64,000 bases of DNA from Azolla caroliniana (Eukaryota; Plantae; Polypodiophyta): assembly GCA_043228905.1 (NCBI GenBank), contig JBHGNT010000009.1, positions 21,452,001 through 21,516,000 of the forward strand. The letters run 5' to 3'. A model generated the notes under the pieces. The model was not told where the DNA came from. It ran no database searches and was given only the letters and a program-made list of their open reading frames with translations. Of the stretch, positions 1-12,675 are shown piece by piece. How positions within the stretch are numbered: the stretch's first letter is position 1; each line of letters opens with the position of its first letter. Both the position numbers and the translations under genes were made by a program.

Positions 1-3000
1 TGTCTGGTCTAGTAGCCACCTTGGTGTACATAAGACTCCCAACTACGGATTGATAAGGAACCTTTGACATGAATTCCTTGTCCTCATCAGATGTGGGGCA
101 ATCACATGTGCTCAGTTTTACATATGTAGGCAATGGAGTGCTCAACGGCTTTGCATTCTCCATATTAAACCTCTTGAGCACTTTCGATATGTACTTAACC
201 TTAGACAAGGAAATGCATCACTTACTCCTATCACGAGTAATACGCATACCAAGAATATGTTTTGCATCTCCCAAATCCTTCATGTCAAAATTCTGGCCCA
301 AGTTTTTCTTTAACAAGGATAACTCATCCTTGTTTTTACCAACAATAAGCATGTCATCAACATATTGTATCAACGTGATAAAACTCCCATTTCAACAGGT
401 TTTCGTATAAAGACATGCATCCTCATTGCTTCTAGTATATCCTTGATTCTTCATAAAAGCATCAAAATTCTGGTACCACAATCTAGGGGACTGCTTAAGC
501 CCATACAAACTCTTCTAGAGTTTACATACCAAATATTCTTTTCCCGAGACTTCATGGCCTTCTGGTTGTTCCATATAAATATCCTCATCAAGGTCCCCAT
601 GTAAAAAGGCAGTTTTCACATCCATTTGAACTAATTCCAAATTTTGATTTGCAACCAATGAAAGCAACATATGTAATGTAGTCATCTTAACTACAAGAGA
701 GAAGGTTTCATCAAAATCAATTCCATGTTCTTGCTTGAAACCTTTGGCTACCAAGCGTGCTTTATACTTTGGGGAAACACTATAAGATGTATACTTGTAC
801 TTGTATACCCACTTGCATGGCAATGCTTTCCTGTCCTTTGGCAAAGGTACTAAATCCCAAGTACCATTCTTATAAATATTGTCCAATTCACGTTGCATGG
901 CGTGCTCCCACTTAGCAAGTATGATCACTAGCCAGCATAACTTCTTTATAACAAGAGGGTTCACCTGCATCCGTTAACATCACATAGTTTGTGAGCTTAG
1001 CAGGTGGCCTCACTGGTTGCTGAACCAGAGTCGGGTTATTTTCAGGTTGTAGACGTGCATCCTCATTTTGAACATCCTCATATGGGTGAACATTTGTAGG
1101 ATTGTTCGGCATAGGTGTGAATTATTCTTTTGCACACTAATAAAGGGTGTAACATCTTGAAATGCCACTTTCCTCACTTCCACTTCCTTAATTGGCTGCT
1201 TATGCATAATCTTTTCATTGAAAACGATAGATTCACTACTTCTGACTATAGTGCGCATTTCAAGATCCCACAAACGATATCCAAATTGACCATCTACGCC
1301 ATAGCCAAGGAAAATACATTTTCTGCTCTTAAAATCTAGTTTTTGCCATAACTGTTTTGGAACGTGAACATACGCTTCACATCCAAATACCCTAAGATGA
1401 TCATAGTTTGGGGTTTTTCCTACCCACAACTCTTGCGCCACTTTCAAGCCTTTGGTAGTACTAGGTGATAGATTTATCACGTGGGCTGCTGTCCGAACTG
1501 CTTCAACCCAAAAACCTTGCGGTAGATTTGCATGATGCAACATAGAAACAACTCTGTCTTGGATGGTTCTATTCATCCTTTCCGCCACACCATTTTGTAC
1601 CGGAGTGTAAGGGGTAGTAAACTCTCTACATATGCCTCTAGACTCACAAAAATCTCTGAACTCATGAGAGGTATACTCACCTCCATTATCAGAACGTAAA
1701 GCCTTAAGCTTTATTCCTTTTTCGGTCTCAACCGAGGCAAGCCATTTTCTAAAGATGGGCTATACATCACCCTTTCCCTTTATGGGATACACCCACACCT
1801 TTCTTGTGGCATCATCAATAAATGTCACAAAATACAAAGCTCCACCCAATGATCTAGTAGGCATAGGGCCACATACATCTGTATGAGCTAGATCCAAGGG
1901 TTGAGTAGATGAATCAGAATTAATATTCTGATGCACACTTCTAGTTTGTTTACCATATTGACAATGCTCACAAACTGAAAATTTTGGAAATGACAACATA
2001 GGTAAATAGCCAAAACATGATAGAGTTTCCATCCCAGTACGAGACATATGACCTAAGCGGCCATGCCAAATACAAGTCATCGGTTGTTCTGTGATTGTCA
2101 AAAGATGCTCTTTTTGATGGACAACTAAAGGATAAAGTGAACCAACTTTGTTCCCTTTGGCAATAACCATATTTCCTTTCGTAATACGAAAGGATTGGGA
2201 AGCAAATGTCACTTTAAAGCCAATGTTATCAAGCTATCCAACTGACATTAAGTTATGAGTCATCTCAGGCACATGGCGTACATTTTGTACGGTAAACTGA
2301 GAGCCATTAGAAAATTGTACCATGACATCTCCAATGCCAATCACATCACATTGATGTGAATCTCCAAGTCGTATTGTGCCAAGTGGTTTAGCTTTATATC
2401 GTGTGAACCACTCTCTATGTGGAGTCACATGAAATGAAGCACCATAGTCTAACAACCATGTATGACCAAGCACATGAGTAATATTAGCCTCAGCATAGGT
2501 AGCATCATCATCCATGACCTAGATGTCAACACCATCATCGCATGCGACATTTATTTCCTCTATCTTCATTGAAGATGATGAACCCATCAACTATTTAACA
2601 TGCCCATCAACATGAGTTTTACCCTTTTCCCTTTCTTTGTTCTTCAAGGCATACCTGTCTTTCTTGATATGACCCTTCTTGTGGCAATAATGGCATTCCA
2701 CAAGTCTCTTCCTAGACTTACTTCTGCTCTTGTCATGATTTCCATGACTATTTCTGGTATGGCTTCTACCACGTTGCTGGTTCTTGCCATGACCAAAATC
2801 TCGAACATTGTATGCCTCTCCAACTTGTGAGGAAACCATAGATTTCCTACGTATTTCTTCACCCAATAGTGTTCCACTTATGTCATTATACACCGATTTC
2901 CCATTTGGTACACTAGTGCTAATAGCGGTGCAAAAATACAGCTTTCAGCTCATCATCCATGGTCATTTTCTGAGCTTGCAACTATGACCATAATGCATCA

Positions 3001-3680
3001 AACTGATTTAAATGAGATGCAACACTATCCGTATCCTTCATACGAAGGTCATATAGCTTCCTCATCAAATATACCTTGTTAGTTGCAGTTTCCTTCTCAT
3101 AGGTATTGCATAACTTTTTCCAAAGTTCTTCGGAGTTTTTGCTGTCTAAAACAGTAAAGTAGACATTATCCACCAAGTACAATCTTATAGTGGACATGGT
3201 CAAGGCATCAAGTTCCTCCCAATCATCATCACCCATGTCATCCGGCTTCTTTGCTTTGCCACCTAGGGGCCTCGTTTGCTTTCTTTGAACCAATACAACA
3301 CGCATCTAATTCTTCCACAAAGTGAAATTAGATTCATCAAATTTCTGGATCTCGATATGATCTTTTCCCAAAAATGAATAGTTCTTACTTCAACTATTGC
3401 GAGCAACAGAAGTGCTACTAGATGCATCCAACATTTCAGACTCCATGGGAGTGAACGACAGTATCAGGCAACAAAATACGATTGGGCAACAAAAAACTAG
3501 AAACTGACTAGCTTATGGCAAACTGTCAAAAATTAGTCCCAATAATGCGTGCAACATGCACCACTGAAAGCATACAACTTCCAAAATATCAGCTGCAAAC
3601 TATCCAAAAAAGACTAATGCCACTCTTGCATATAACATGCACCATTGAAAAACATATAATTTCCAAAATGTCAATGATGC

Positions 3681-3870
3681 TGACTAGCATACATCTCCCA
3701 AATCACAAATTGTAGGCATCTGCTTTGCTATACGTTCACACTGACCCCAAATCTCTCTTCCAAATGTGACAATGATATTGACTAGCATACATCTCCCAAA
3801 TCACAAATTGTAGGCATCTGCTTTGCCATACATTCACACTGACCCCAAATCTCTCTTCCAAATGTGACAA
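3681..3870. repeat. Direct tandem duplication (~95 bp x2) in the copia leader
   Basis: tgactagcatacatctcccaaatcac...ccaaatgtgacaa at ~3681 and ~3779. Confidence 0.85.
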
Positions 3871-4123
3871 GGGGTCTCTCCCACCACAACTTATTTCCAC
3901 CAAAAAATGTTTCGCTTATGATGGATAAATGGAGAGTTTAACCAAGAGAAATACCTGTGAATAGTAGTCTCCTTTCTTCAATATCGAAGATGCCCACCAA
4001 TGGGTAGATGCTTCAATCGATCCCGATACTCCAACGCTCGCCACACGAATCTCCTACGCCACTGCTACGATTCTCGGACACTCGTTGCTTCCGACTCCAA
4101 AGCTTCCTATCACTATCTCCCAA

Positions 4124-4135
4124 GCTCTGATACCA
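4124..4135 (-). promoter_or_regulatory. Primer-binding site (tRNA-iMet)
   Basis: Reverse complement TGGTATCAGAGC, 1 nt from the LTR end at 4137. Confidence 0.9.
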
Positions 4136-4136
4136 T

Positions 4137-4602
4137 TGTTGGAAGTCGATAGAGCAAAAAACCAAGAGGGAATTGTTCTGATCTACTCTGAATTGTGATG
4201 CAAGGACAACAAGGATGAAGAAGGAGCGGTGCTCCTTCTTAGTTGTAGTGTGCACGGTAGGAACAGGGGGCGAGCAACAAAGGGATTCAATAGATAACTG
4301 AGGTAATGAATCTCTGCATCAGAGAAAAGGGGGAAAAAACCAAAGAGAGGAAGCAAACTCTCACTCACTAACTCTCTCTCTCCCCACACTACTAAGTGGA
4401 AGACCAATTTTGGCCTTTTCACACTTAGCATGTATCGGGGGTACATGTATAACAAGGAACAAGAAATGAGAGAGAGTAGGATTTATTGTACCTGAAAAGC
4501 TTGAGGTCAGGGCAGAGAGAACTAAGAGTGGAGCTTTTTGTTGACATTGATGCTGATTATTCGTTGGCTTCTGAGATACGAAGCTCAGCCTTTCGCCTGA
4601 CA
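4137..4602 (-). repeat. 5' LTR of the first copia element (distal boundary tentative)
   Basis: Starts TGTTGG next to the PBS; candidate end ...CCTGACA at 4602; partner LTR is outside the window. Confidence 0.55.
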
Positions 4603-4699
4603 CAGACGACGAGGGAGAAGAAGAAGAAAAGGAAGGAGATGAAGAAGAAAGAACTTTAAAGATCCCCTAAACCCTAAACCTAAACCGAATTTAAGTTGT

Positions 4700-5213
4700 G
4701 GGGTTCTTCCCTCCCATGTCGAGGAGGAAGAGCTCCAAATGAAATATTTCATTGGGTCTTTTTTTTTTTTTTTGGCCACATTAGTATGTGGATGTATATG
4801 TTGTAATGGGTCCAAATTAGTATGAAATGGGTTCAAAATAAAGTTTCTACTTATAGGTTCTTCTTATTCTTACGCGTAGTAATAAGGCGTTTTTTTTTAG
4901 AAACATAACCCTTATTATTACTATCTTTGTTTTTACAAAAATATACTAAAAAGAATATGTAGAAATAAAGGAAAGAGAGTGAGAGAAAATAGAGAGAGAA
5001 AATAAGAGTAGCCCAAATGGATGTAGCTCAGTTGGTAAGGTTGCCCAATGGAGGCCAGGAGGTCATGGGTTCAACCCTTACGTTCCATAGTGGCATCTTG
5101 TGAATTAAAAGAAATATATATGAAGCATGTAATAGAGGTGAGATAATTTGGTTTCGAACCCAAGATATAGTGCTTGTAATGTAACAACTTACCACTAGGG
5201 TAAGGTACTTACG

Positions 5214-5265
<52 letters not shown>

Positions 5266-6007
5266 AGAAGTACCCAAGATAGATGTAGTTCAGTTAGTAA
5301 AGTTGCCCAATGGAGGCTAGGTGGTCATGGGTTCAACCCTGACATGGCATCTAGTGAGATATGAGATATCTATGGAGTAATAGAGAAGTGCAAAAATTGG
5401 GTTTCGAACCCAATATTAGTGTTAGTAGTGTAAATGACTTACCACTAGGGTAAGCTAATTACAATTAAAAAGAAGAAATAGAGTAGCCAACTACTATTCT
5501 TGCCCCGGTCAATGACCAAACGACCTCTAATCGTCGCCAAAGTTTAGTGAGTTGTTCTTGATACTATCTTCTTCAAATCCAATGGCTGGATTATTGTTTT
5601 GATCTCTATATCATCATAAATTATGCTTTGATAGGAATTTATGAATTTGTAAAATTGACCACTATATGTGATGATTTGTTGATCCAAGGACTTACGTTGA
5701 AGATTGTAAAGCCTCTAGTTTTGAACTAGAGATGAAAACTTGTTGTGCCCATTGGATTATTGTTTATTAGTGGAGTTTTTGTGCCAATGTGAACGGTCCC
5801 GTGGTTTTTCCCCACATTGAGGTTTTCCACGTAAATTTCGTGTCTCTTTGATTATTTGTTTGTTAGTGTTATTGTGTGGAGTTTCTTGCTAAATTGTTGT
5901 CCATATTACTTCGGTTTCATTCTTATCTTATATTTTACAACACAAGTAGGGAAAAGATTTATTAGCTTCCGTGTGGAATAGTGGTATAATCTTGTGCTTC
6001 CCCAACA
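4700..6007 (+). repeat. Probable solo or truncated LTR containing tRNA-like cassettes (5' boundary approximate)
   Basis: U5-type motif cccgtggtttttcccc...ggttttccacgtaaa at ~5798-5835; ends ...cttccccaaca at 6007; no PBS follows; (AG)n at 5216-5260. Confidence 0.5.
5019..5456. repeat. Two tandem units, each a convergent pair of degenerate tRNA/SINE-like sequences
   Basis: Plus strand: A box tagctcagttggt, B box gggttcaaccc (5019-5098, 5281-5351). Minus strand: tagtggtaag ... gggttcgaaacc (5150-5203, 5399-5456). Confidence 0.65.
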
Positions 6008-6085
6008 TTTTAACTCCAATAACGTTGTTATTTTGGTTCCACCTCACTATACTTTGTGTGACAATGTCTAATGTGTTGGTGAAGG

Positions 6086-6508
6086 TAACAATCGACAATG
6101 GTTCTGTGAAACCGCAGTTTAACGACTTAACAATTTAAACAGTTCGATTCAGGTTCAAGTTTTTTTAAACGGTTCAATTTCGATTCAATTCGGTTTTTAG
6201 ATATTTTTTAAACAACCTTTTCATTTTTAAGCCTAATTCTCACTTTTAGGAAAATTCGTTAAATTTTTGAAAATTAAAATTTGAAATAATGAATTTTTTT
6301 AAAAATAAAAACATAAAAAAATTGATTTTTGACCTAAGTTGAAAACCGAAACCGACCACGAAACCACAGTTTTAACGGTTTGGATTTATTTTTCTACTAG
6401 TCGGTGTAAATGGTTTCGTGGTTCGGTTCGGTTCAAGTTTCAAAATTTTAAAATAGTTTGGTTTTAACACTCTTGAACTGAACCGAACCAAAACATTGCC
6501 GATTGTTA
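6086..6508. mobile_element. Non-autonomous hAT-type DNA transposon (MITE)
   Basis: 15-bp TIRs taacaatcgacaatg / cattgccgattgtta; 8-bp TSD ggtgaagg/ggtgaatg; subterminal aaccg/cggtt motifs. Confidence 0.85.
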
Positions 6509-6516
6509 GGTGAATG

Positions 6517-7300
6517 CTTCATTTGCACTCTTGTCTAGACTAGCATTTCATATGTCCAAATATTTTATCTCGTCTTAAAACCCAAGAAGCCCGAGTGCTA
6601 TTCTTGGATACATGTACCAAACGTGTCTTCACACCACAATTGTGGTCTTGAACCAAACTTGTCTAAAGATTCTCTTGATGTAAGAGTATATCTTGAAGAC
6701 CTACGAGATGCTTCCAAATGGAGTGGCCTACGTTCTTAAATATATGCATAGGATCTAATAAATAGTATATCTTTAGGTCCTTCCAATACTCTACTGTGAA
6801 CCATATGAATATGTTAGTTTCCATACATCTCTGATTTAGTATACACTTACATCAATCATCATCATCTTTGCTTATAATCACTCCTCATCTACATCAATTT
6901 GAGCTGCTATAAAATCCACTTCCTATACCAATCTTGTGAGGTTTACTGAGCTATCAGTCTTCCTTATTTGATTTTCTCATCAAAACAACTTTCTTAGGCT
7001 TTACCATGTAGAGGTTGATCTTCATGCGAAAAATGTTTTTGTTTGAGGTATGTATTCTTTTTTAAAGATTTACAATAAGTTGATCTCAACCAATCACTAC
7101 ATGGGGGGATTGCCTTAAATCCTTTTATCTTGAGACATGAACAAAACCCATATGCAAGGTAGTCATGATTAGTCCATGCTAGATAACCACTCAATTTTAA
7201 GGCTTGTAGTCCTCTCAGTTTGGTTGCATCAATGACATTTAAACCTCTCCACAATTCTTACAAGTCATCAATAAGAGGTGCTAAGTATAGTAGTTTTGTC
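6517..7300 (-). mobile_element. CACTA (En/Spm) transposase remnant
   Basis: YLAPLIDDL.ELWRGLNVIDA...AWTNHDYLAYG...GFKAIPPC and KNVGHSIWKHL resemble Transposase_21/TnpD; stops and frameshifts. Confidence 0.7.
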
Positions 7301-7408
7301 ATTCTAGATTCCCTTGAGAAGTTATAGAAATTTCTGGAACATGCACACATATTTTCAGAATATTATTTGCCTACACATTGTCGTGCATTTTGGCGCTGGA
7401 TCATTGTG

Positions 7409-7895
7409 TGAGTCGAGTGGGAACCGTTGGGGTTTGAGACGAATAAGAATGAGAATAGATTATAAGAAAAAGACATTGAAACCTCGTGAATCCCACGAGT
7501 GTATTGTATTAGATTAATCAACCCTTAGAATCCTAATAGTAAATCGGCATAGATTAGAAAAGACAGATTGAAAATTGTGAATCACACGAATATAATCAAT
7601 TAGATTAGTATTTAGAAATATTAATAAAACCCAAGAATCAACAACAACCTATTACAATTTGCTCCCCACCCTTATATAGTGATGGGAGAGGCTTAACAAT
7701 CCATGCTTTTTCTAACTATAGACTTTATTCTTTTTCTAACCTCATGTGTTTTTTATTGACTATAGTGTTCATGCACGTTAGATGTGCATGTATAGCTTTT
7801 TTCTATCATGCGTTTTTCTTCTAACTAAAGCTTTTTCCTAGAAACTATGCGTGAAGTAACTGTTATATGTGGGATATCTACTTTTATAACACTCA
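7409..7895 (-). repeat. Probable solo LTR
   Basis: Termini TGAGT...ACTCA; minus-strand TATA (ctatataag) at ~7671-7679; TSD unclear. Confidence 0.45.
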
Positions 7896-9159
7896 TGATG
7901 TGTTAGTATTATGGTAAGGCTTCAAATTATTAACATGGAGGTATAGGGTTTGAATCTTGCCCTATGCATGTAATATATATTTTAATATTTTCTTCTATTT
8001 CCTTATATTTATTGAGTCGGGTACTCCATACGTTTTTCACGTAGTGTACAAAATACACTACGACACTAGCCCCTCCAAACTTGCACATCCTCCGGTATGT
8101 GCCGAAGTTTTCGGTACTTGTTACTCTTCTTCATTCGTAACATCCTCTGTCTCTTCTCCTATGTCAATTATTAATTCTAGCCCACTTTCTTCACTTTTCG
8201 CACTTCCGTGATCCTTGTCTGATTGCTCCTCTGTGTCAATTTGGTCTAAGATTATGTAGAGTGTGTTGTCACTTCTTTTTTTGAAAATCTTCACCCGCTT
8301 CTCCACTATAGGCACTCGAAGTATTGTTCCATCTAGCTCACTTAGTCAGTAATTTCCGTGGTCGAATGCTTTTCGAACCTCGTATGGTCCGAACCACCTT
8401 CGAGTGAATTTCTGTATCGTTCGGTGTTGATGATCCAAATTGTTGTCATAGACTATCACCCAATCTCCTTCTTCAATCTTCTATGGTCGTAGACGATGCT
8501 TTGTGTCGAATCGACTTTTGTTCCGGAATCACACTTCTTGTTGTCGGCATATTGCTTCTGCTATGTCTTCTGGTCTTCCTTCTAGCTGTCGTATTCAGAT
8601 CGCTAGTGGTTCTTCCTGACTCATCTCTTCCTTCCATGGTAGCATTGTCCATGTCGCAATTGCGGATATGGTCGACTACAAACTTTTGACATCCCCGATC
8701 ATCTGTTGTCTCATCCTTCTCTTCAATCAAACATCATTTGATTGGAATGTCATCTAAAAACAACATTGTTATCTCCGGAATGCTGTCTCAGAGCACCTTG
8801 TTCATCATTCATCATATGTGCGACAGAGTTCGTCACTCCTTGTGGCAGTGTACACATCTGAACTAATCCTATCGGTGTCTGCATTGTTGTGATATCTCGG
8901 TTATCCATGGCTAGTTGAAATTGGTCATATTGGAGTATACGCCTCCGATAGAGTATATCGCGTGTCCGGCAAACGCTTCCGCAAATTCATCCACTATCGG
9001 AGGGACTCCGGAGTTCTAGATCATGACCATGTTCACCGGTTGCAAATCTTGAATGAACCAGAGTGACCCAATCTTTCTCAAAACCATAAACCATCTATTT
9101 GAGTACGGAGCATTGACTTGTTCAAGGAGAAGGTGGCTATGGGGATTCTAGAGCCATCA
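7896..9159 (-). mobile_element. Decayed gypsy remnant (RT fragment, integrase C-terminus, PPT and part of the 3' LTR)
   Basis: GSLWFIQDLQPVN...LPQGVTNS RT motif; GDWVIVYD...KFTRRWFGPY integrase tail; PPT-like ggaggggctag next to TGTCG at 8065; tRNA-like stretch ~7900-7965. Confidence 0.7.
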
Positions 9160-9808
9160 TGTCGGGTGCACCACTTAATTATGTCGTGAAAATCCGCCAG
9201 CTAGTGCAGATCGTGAGGCGGAACTGCCGGGGTTCTGGACCGAAAGGATTTAGGGCAAAATGATTTATGCACTTTAAGTTTTAAGACGAGATATTTCCCC
9301 CGAATAAGAGTAAGATAGTACGAGAGATCAAATAATACTTAATTATATTTATGCATAAGAAAATCTTCGAGTAAGAGATTATGTGAGATTGAATGATACT
9401 TAATTATGTTTATGAGTAAGAACGCTTAGAGTAAGAGAGTATGAATAACACTTAATTATACTTATACATAAACAAAGTTAAACCTAGAGAGTATGAGAGA
9501 GGAAACATGGAAAGTTTTGTATTACTAAATCATCAATCTAATGGACTTATTTTGTTACATGATTTGTTTTTCTATATCCCCTTTTAGAGTATAAGAGTAT
9601 GAGAGAGGAAACATAAATATTTTCTTCTTCAAATCCCCATCCATCTCCTTACCGCCCCCATCTTCACGTTAGGTTCACCAAATGATATATACTAATGTAC
9701 TTCTCTGTCTTAGTACTGCTCCTGACAACTCCCAAGTGGCACTATCCATGTTGGCTGGTTTCGAATGGACATCAATGGACGATTTTGGTGGGAGGTGAGG
9801 GTTACACC
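9160..9808 (-). mobile_element. 3' end of an old gypsy element (putative LTR 9160-9631, PPT, integrase tail); continues at 34731
   Basis: TG...CA segment flanked by purine tract ggatggggatt; the integrase reading FQALYG.. at 34731 continues into ..TLTSHQ at 9808 across the MITE TSD. Confidence 0.5.
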
Positions 9809-10495
9809 TAGGGATTGGCAACGATTCGGTTTAGGCTTAGCCGGTTTGGCATGATCCAAGCCAAACCGGCTAAGCCTAAACCATTTTGGGGATCTCAAAC
9901 CTGAACCGGTTTGGTAAACGACGTAGAAACCAGTTTCCAAACCGACTTGGAAACCTCCCTCCCTCTCTCTCTCCCTACCTCCCTAGTTCACAAACCGGTT
10001 TGGTAAACGGCTTAGAAACCAGTTTCCAAACCAGCTTGGAAATCGGTTTGGAAACCTCCCTCTCTCTCTCTCTCCCTACCTCCCTCTCTCCTTCTCTCTT
10101 AGATGATCCACTATATAGTATACATTGTACAAGCTCCCCCTCCCCCTCTCTCTCTCACCTCTATGTGGTCTCGACTCTCCCTCTCTCTCCCTCTCTCTTC
10201 TCTGTGTAGTCTCTCTCTCTCTCTCTCCCCCCTCCCCCCCCCCTCTGTGTAGTCTCTCTCTCTCTCTCTCCCCCTGTCGAATACAAATGTATAATGGACA
10301 TATTCACACTATCCTCTTAGAGAGCCCAAGTTCGGGCTATTTCTGTAAATAACATAAAGGGCAGTTGCCCTAAGTGAGTCACTATATAAAGTGACTTTGA
10401 AAACTTTTGTAAAGGTTGGTTGTTCATTGTTGTAACGGTTGCCCCTTTATGAATATAGATATATTCTTTGTGCCTCTCTCTCTCTCTCTCTCTGT

Positions 10496-11912
10496 CCAAC
10501 ACTATTTGGTCTATGCATTGATGAATTGGAAGAAATGGTTACCAAGTTTGCAAAGGAAGAATGTGTTGAAGAAGTTGCCATTGGGAATGTTGTGATTATG
10601 CTTTTGCTATATGCAGATGATGTAGTGCTTTTTGCAAATACTTTAGGAGATGCACAAAAGCTTATGAAGGCATTGGAAAAATTTTGCATGCATACTAAAT
10701 TAAGTGTCAATAGCTCTAAAACAAAGATTATGCTTGTGAAGAGCCAAAAAAGAGATAAACCATGCATTATGTACAAGAATGAGCCACTTGAATGTGTGGA
10801 AAGCTTCAAATATCTTGGCCTTGAAGTTCCTTCAAATCATAGATGGAATGAATGTGCTACACGCCGCTTAGAGGCGGGCAAGCGAGCATACTATGCATTT
10901 GAGAACACATGCAATCTTGGAGATATTAAGTGTTGGGTCCTCAAGAAATATCTTTTCGACACTTTGGTGACACCGGTTCTTCTCTATGGGGTGGAAGTAT
11001 GGGGCGGTAGCATCCCTAAATCTATGTGGAAAGAGTTTGAAAATGTCCAAAAGCATTTTCTTACCAAGTTTCTACAAGTTAAGAAACAAACGCCCTACAC
11101 CCTCCTCCTCCTTGAGACGGGATCGCTTCCCATTGAGATCATGGCCATGGAAAGGGTTGTTGAATACATGCTTAAGGTTCAAAAAAGTCCCTCACATCGA
11201 CTTCCTAGAATTGCGTGGGAAGCAAGCAAAAAGATCCAAAAGACGCATAAAAGCAAAATTTTGTGTTCCGGTTGGATGCAAGATATAGAAAAATGGTTTG
11301 GTAGATGGGATGCGAGACACTTGCTTCATGATGCATCATTAGATTCCTCTGTAAATGAGGCATTTTTGCAACGCCAATGTATCATGACATGGGACAAATG
11401 TGGAGGCTCACGCTTCACACATTATACTACACATGTTGCACCTAACTACAAAACCATATTCTTCGCGGAACGGGGAAATCGTACACATCCATACATGTTA
11501 GAGCCCATACCGTTATCTTCCATTCGAACCATTGCTTCCATGCAACTTAGCTCACATGCATTGCGATGTGAAACAGGGCGTTGGGGTACAAGTGATGAGA
11601 GTGGTCGGTTATGCGCACTTTGCCCTAAACAAGTTCGCGAGTCTGAGAATCACACTTTGATACAATGCTCTGCCTTTGATCATATTCGACCATGCTTTAC
11701 ACATCTCTTCAATCGAGCCCAATCTTTGCATGAATTCCTCTCACAACCACAATGTGCACTCTCGATTGCAACATTCATTGGTAAAGTTCTTGAACATCGA
11801 GAGTCACTACTCACTTTCACACATATCACGTGAAATGTAATATTTTTGGTCTCATAGGTCATATTTGACCTCCGAAGATGATAATATAATCTATCTATCT
11901 ATCTATCTATCT
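10496..11912 (+). mobile_element. 5'-truncated non-LTR retrotransposon (LINE, RTE-like) with open RT C-terminal ORF to 11833
   Basis: PTLFGLCID...LLYADD...FKYLG; C-terminal CALC...H....C; (ATCT)n tail 11889-11912; short tctgt duplication; absent from the 3' LTR of A. Confidence 0.9.
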
Positions 11913-12675
11913 GTACGTAATTTGTTCTTGCCTCTCTCATACATAGGTATTTCTTCCTCACAGATTCATACTGTGTGATCTCTTCCGCACTGACGGCCTT
12001 GTTCATTACCTACATTTGGTATCAGAGCATGGATGTCCTTCATCCCGCTGTCGGCTGCCATTCGAATCTTTGGATCACAACATTCTGTTTTTTTTTGTTT
12101 TGTATTTGAAGAAACAGAGAAGAGAGAAGAAGAAGAAAAACGAGGCTTGCATCTCATCGTGTTAGATTATCTTCACTTGGAGTAAGCTGTTAAGAAAACG
12201 TGAAGAAGGCACTCGAGCTCTTCTTATGTGCGCGGCGGATCGTAGTGTACTGGATCTTTAGCGTGCTCTAAACAGACAGAGAAAGGAAAGGGGACTTACC
12301 TCTGTAGTAGCAAAATGGTTTTCTTCTATTACATGTAGAGCTCAACTTGCTCTCGTCAGTCTTCTGGTCTCTCACTCTCTCTCAGAGTTTTCTACTCACT
12401 ATTCTCTGTTTTTTCTTACTGCTTACTTCCTATTCACTCTCACTTACTTTTACCTAAGTCATAAGTTATTACACATGCAGCTAATTAGCTGTCAGTCGCT
12501 AAATAGCTGTTCACTAGCTAATTAGCTGTCACTAGCTAAATAGCTGTTTTACCTTTTTGTTCACTAGTAGCTAAATAGCTACTATAGCTTATTTCTCATA
12601 AGCATCACATACCATGTTGAGCTTGCTTCTCAACACTCCCCCTCAAGCTCAACTTATTCTTGCTTGAGGTTCTCT

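Larger units (their letters stand above)
1..4135 (-). mobile_element. Decayed Ty1/copia LTR retrotransposon internal region (gag, protease, integrase, RT; runs off window start)
   Basis: Broken minus-strand ORFs with copia motifs: gag (LMRKLYDLRM), zinc knuckle CHYCHKKGHIKKD, protease WLLDYGASFH, WHGRLGH...CEHC, HTDVCGP, RT QMDVKTAFLHG; many stops and frameshifts. Confidence 0.92.

Noticed and set aside
5019-5351. Functional tRNA genes
   Set aside because: A/B boxes are present but acceptor and anticodon stems do not pair, and there is no oligo-T terminator
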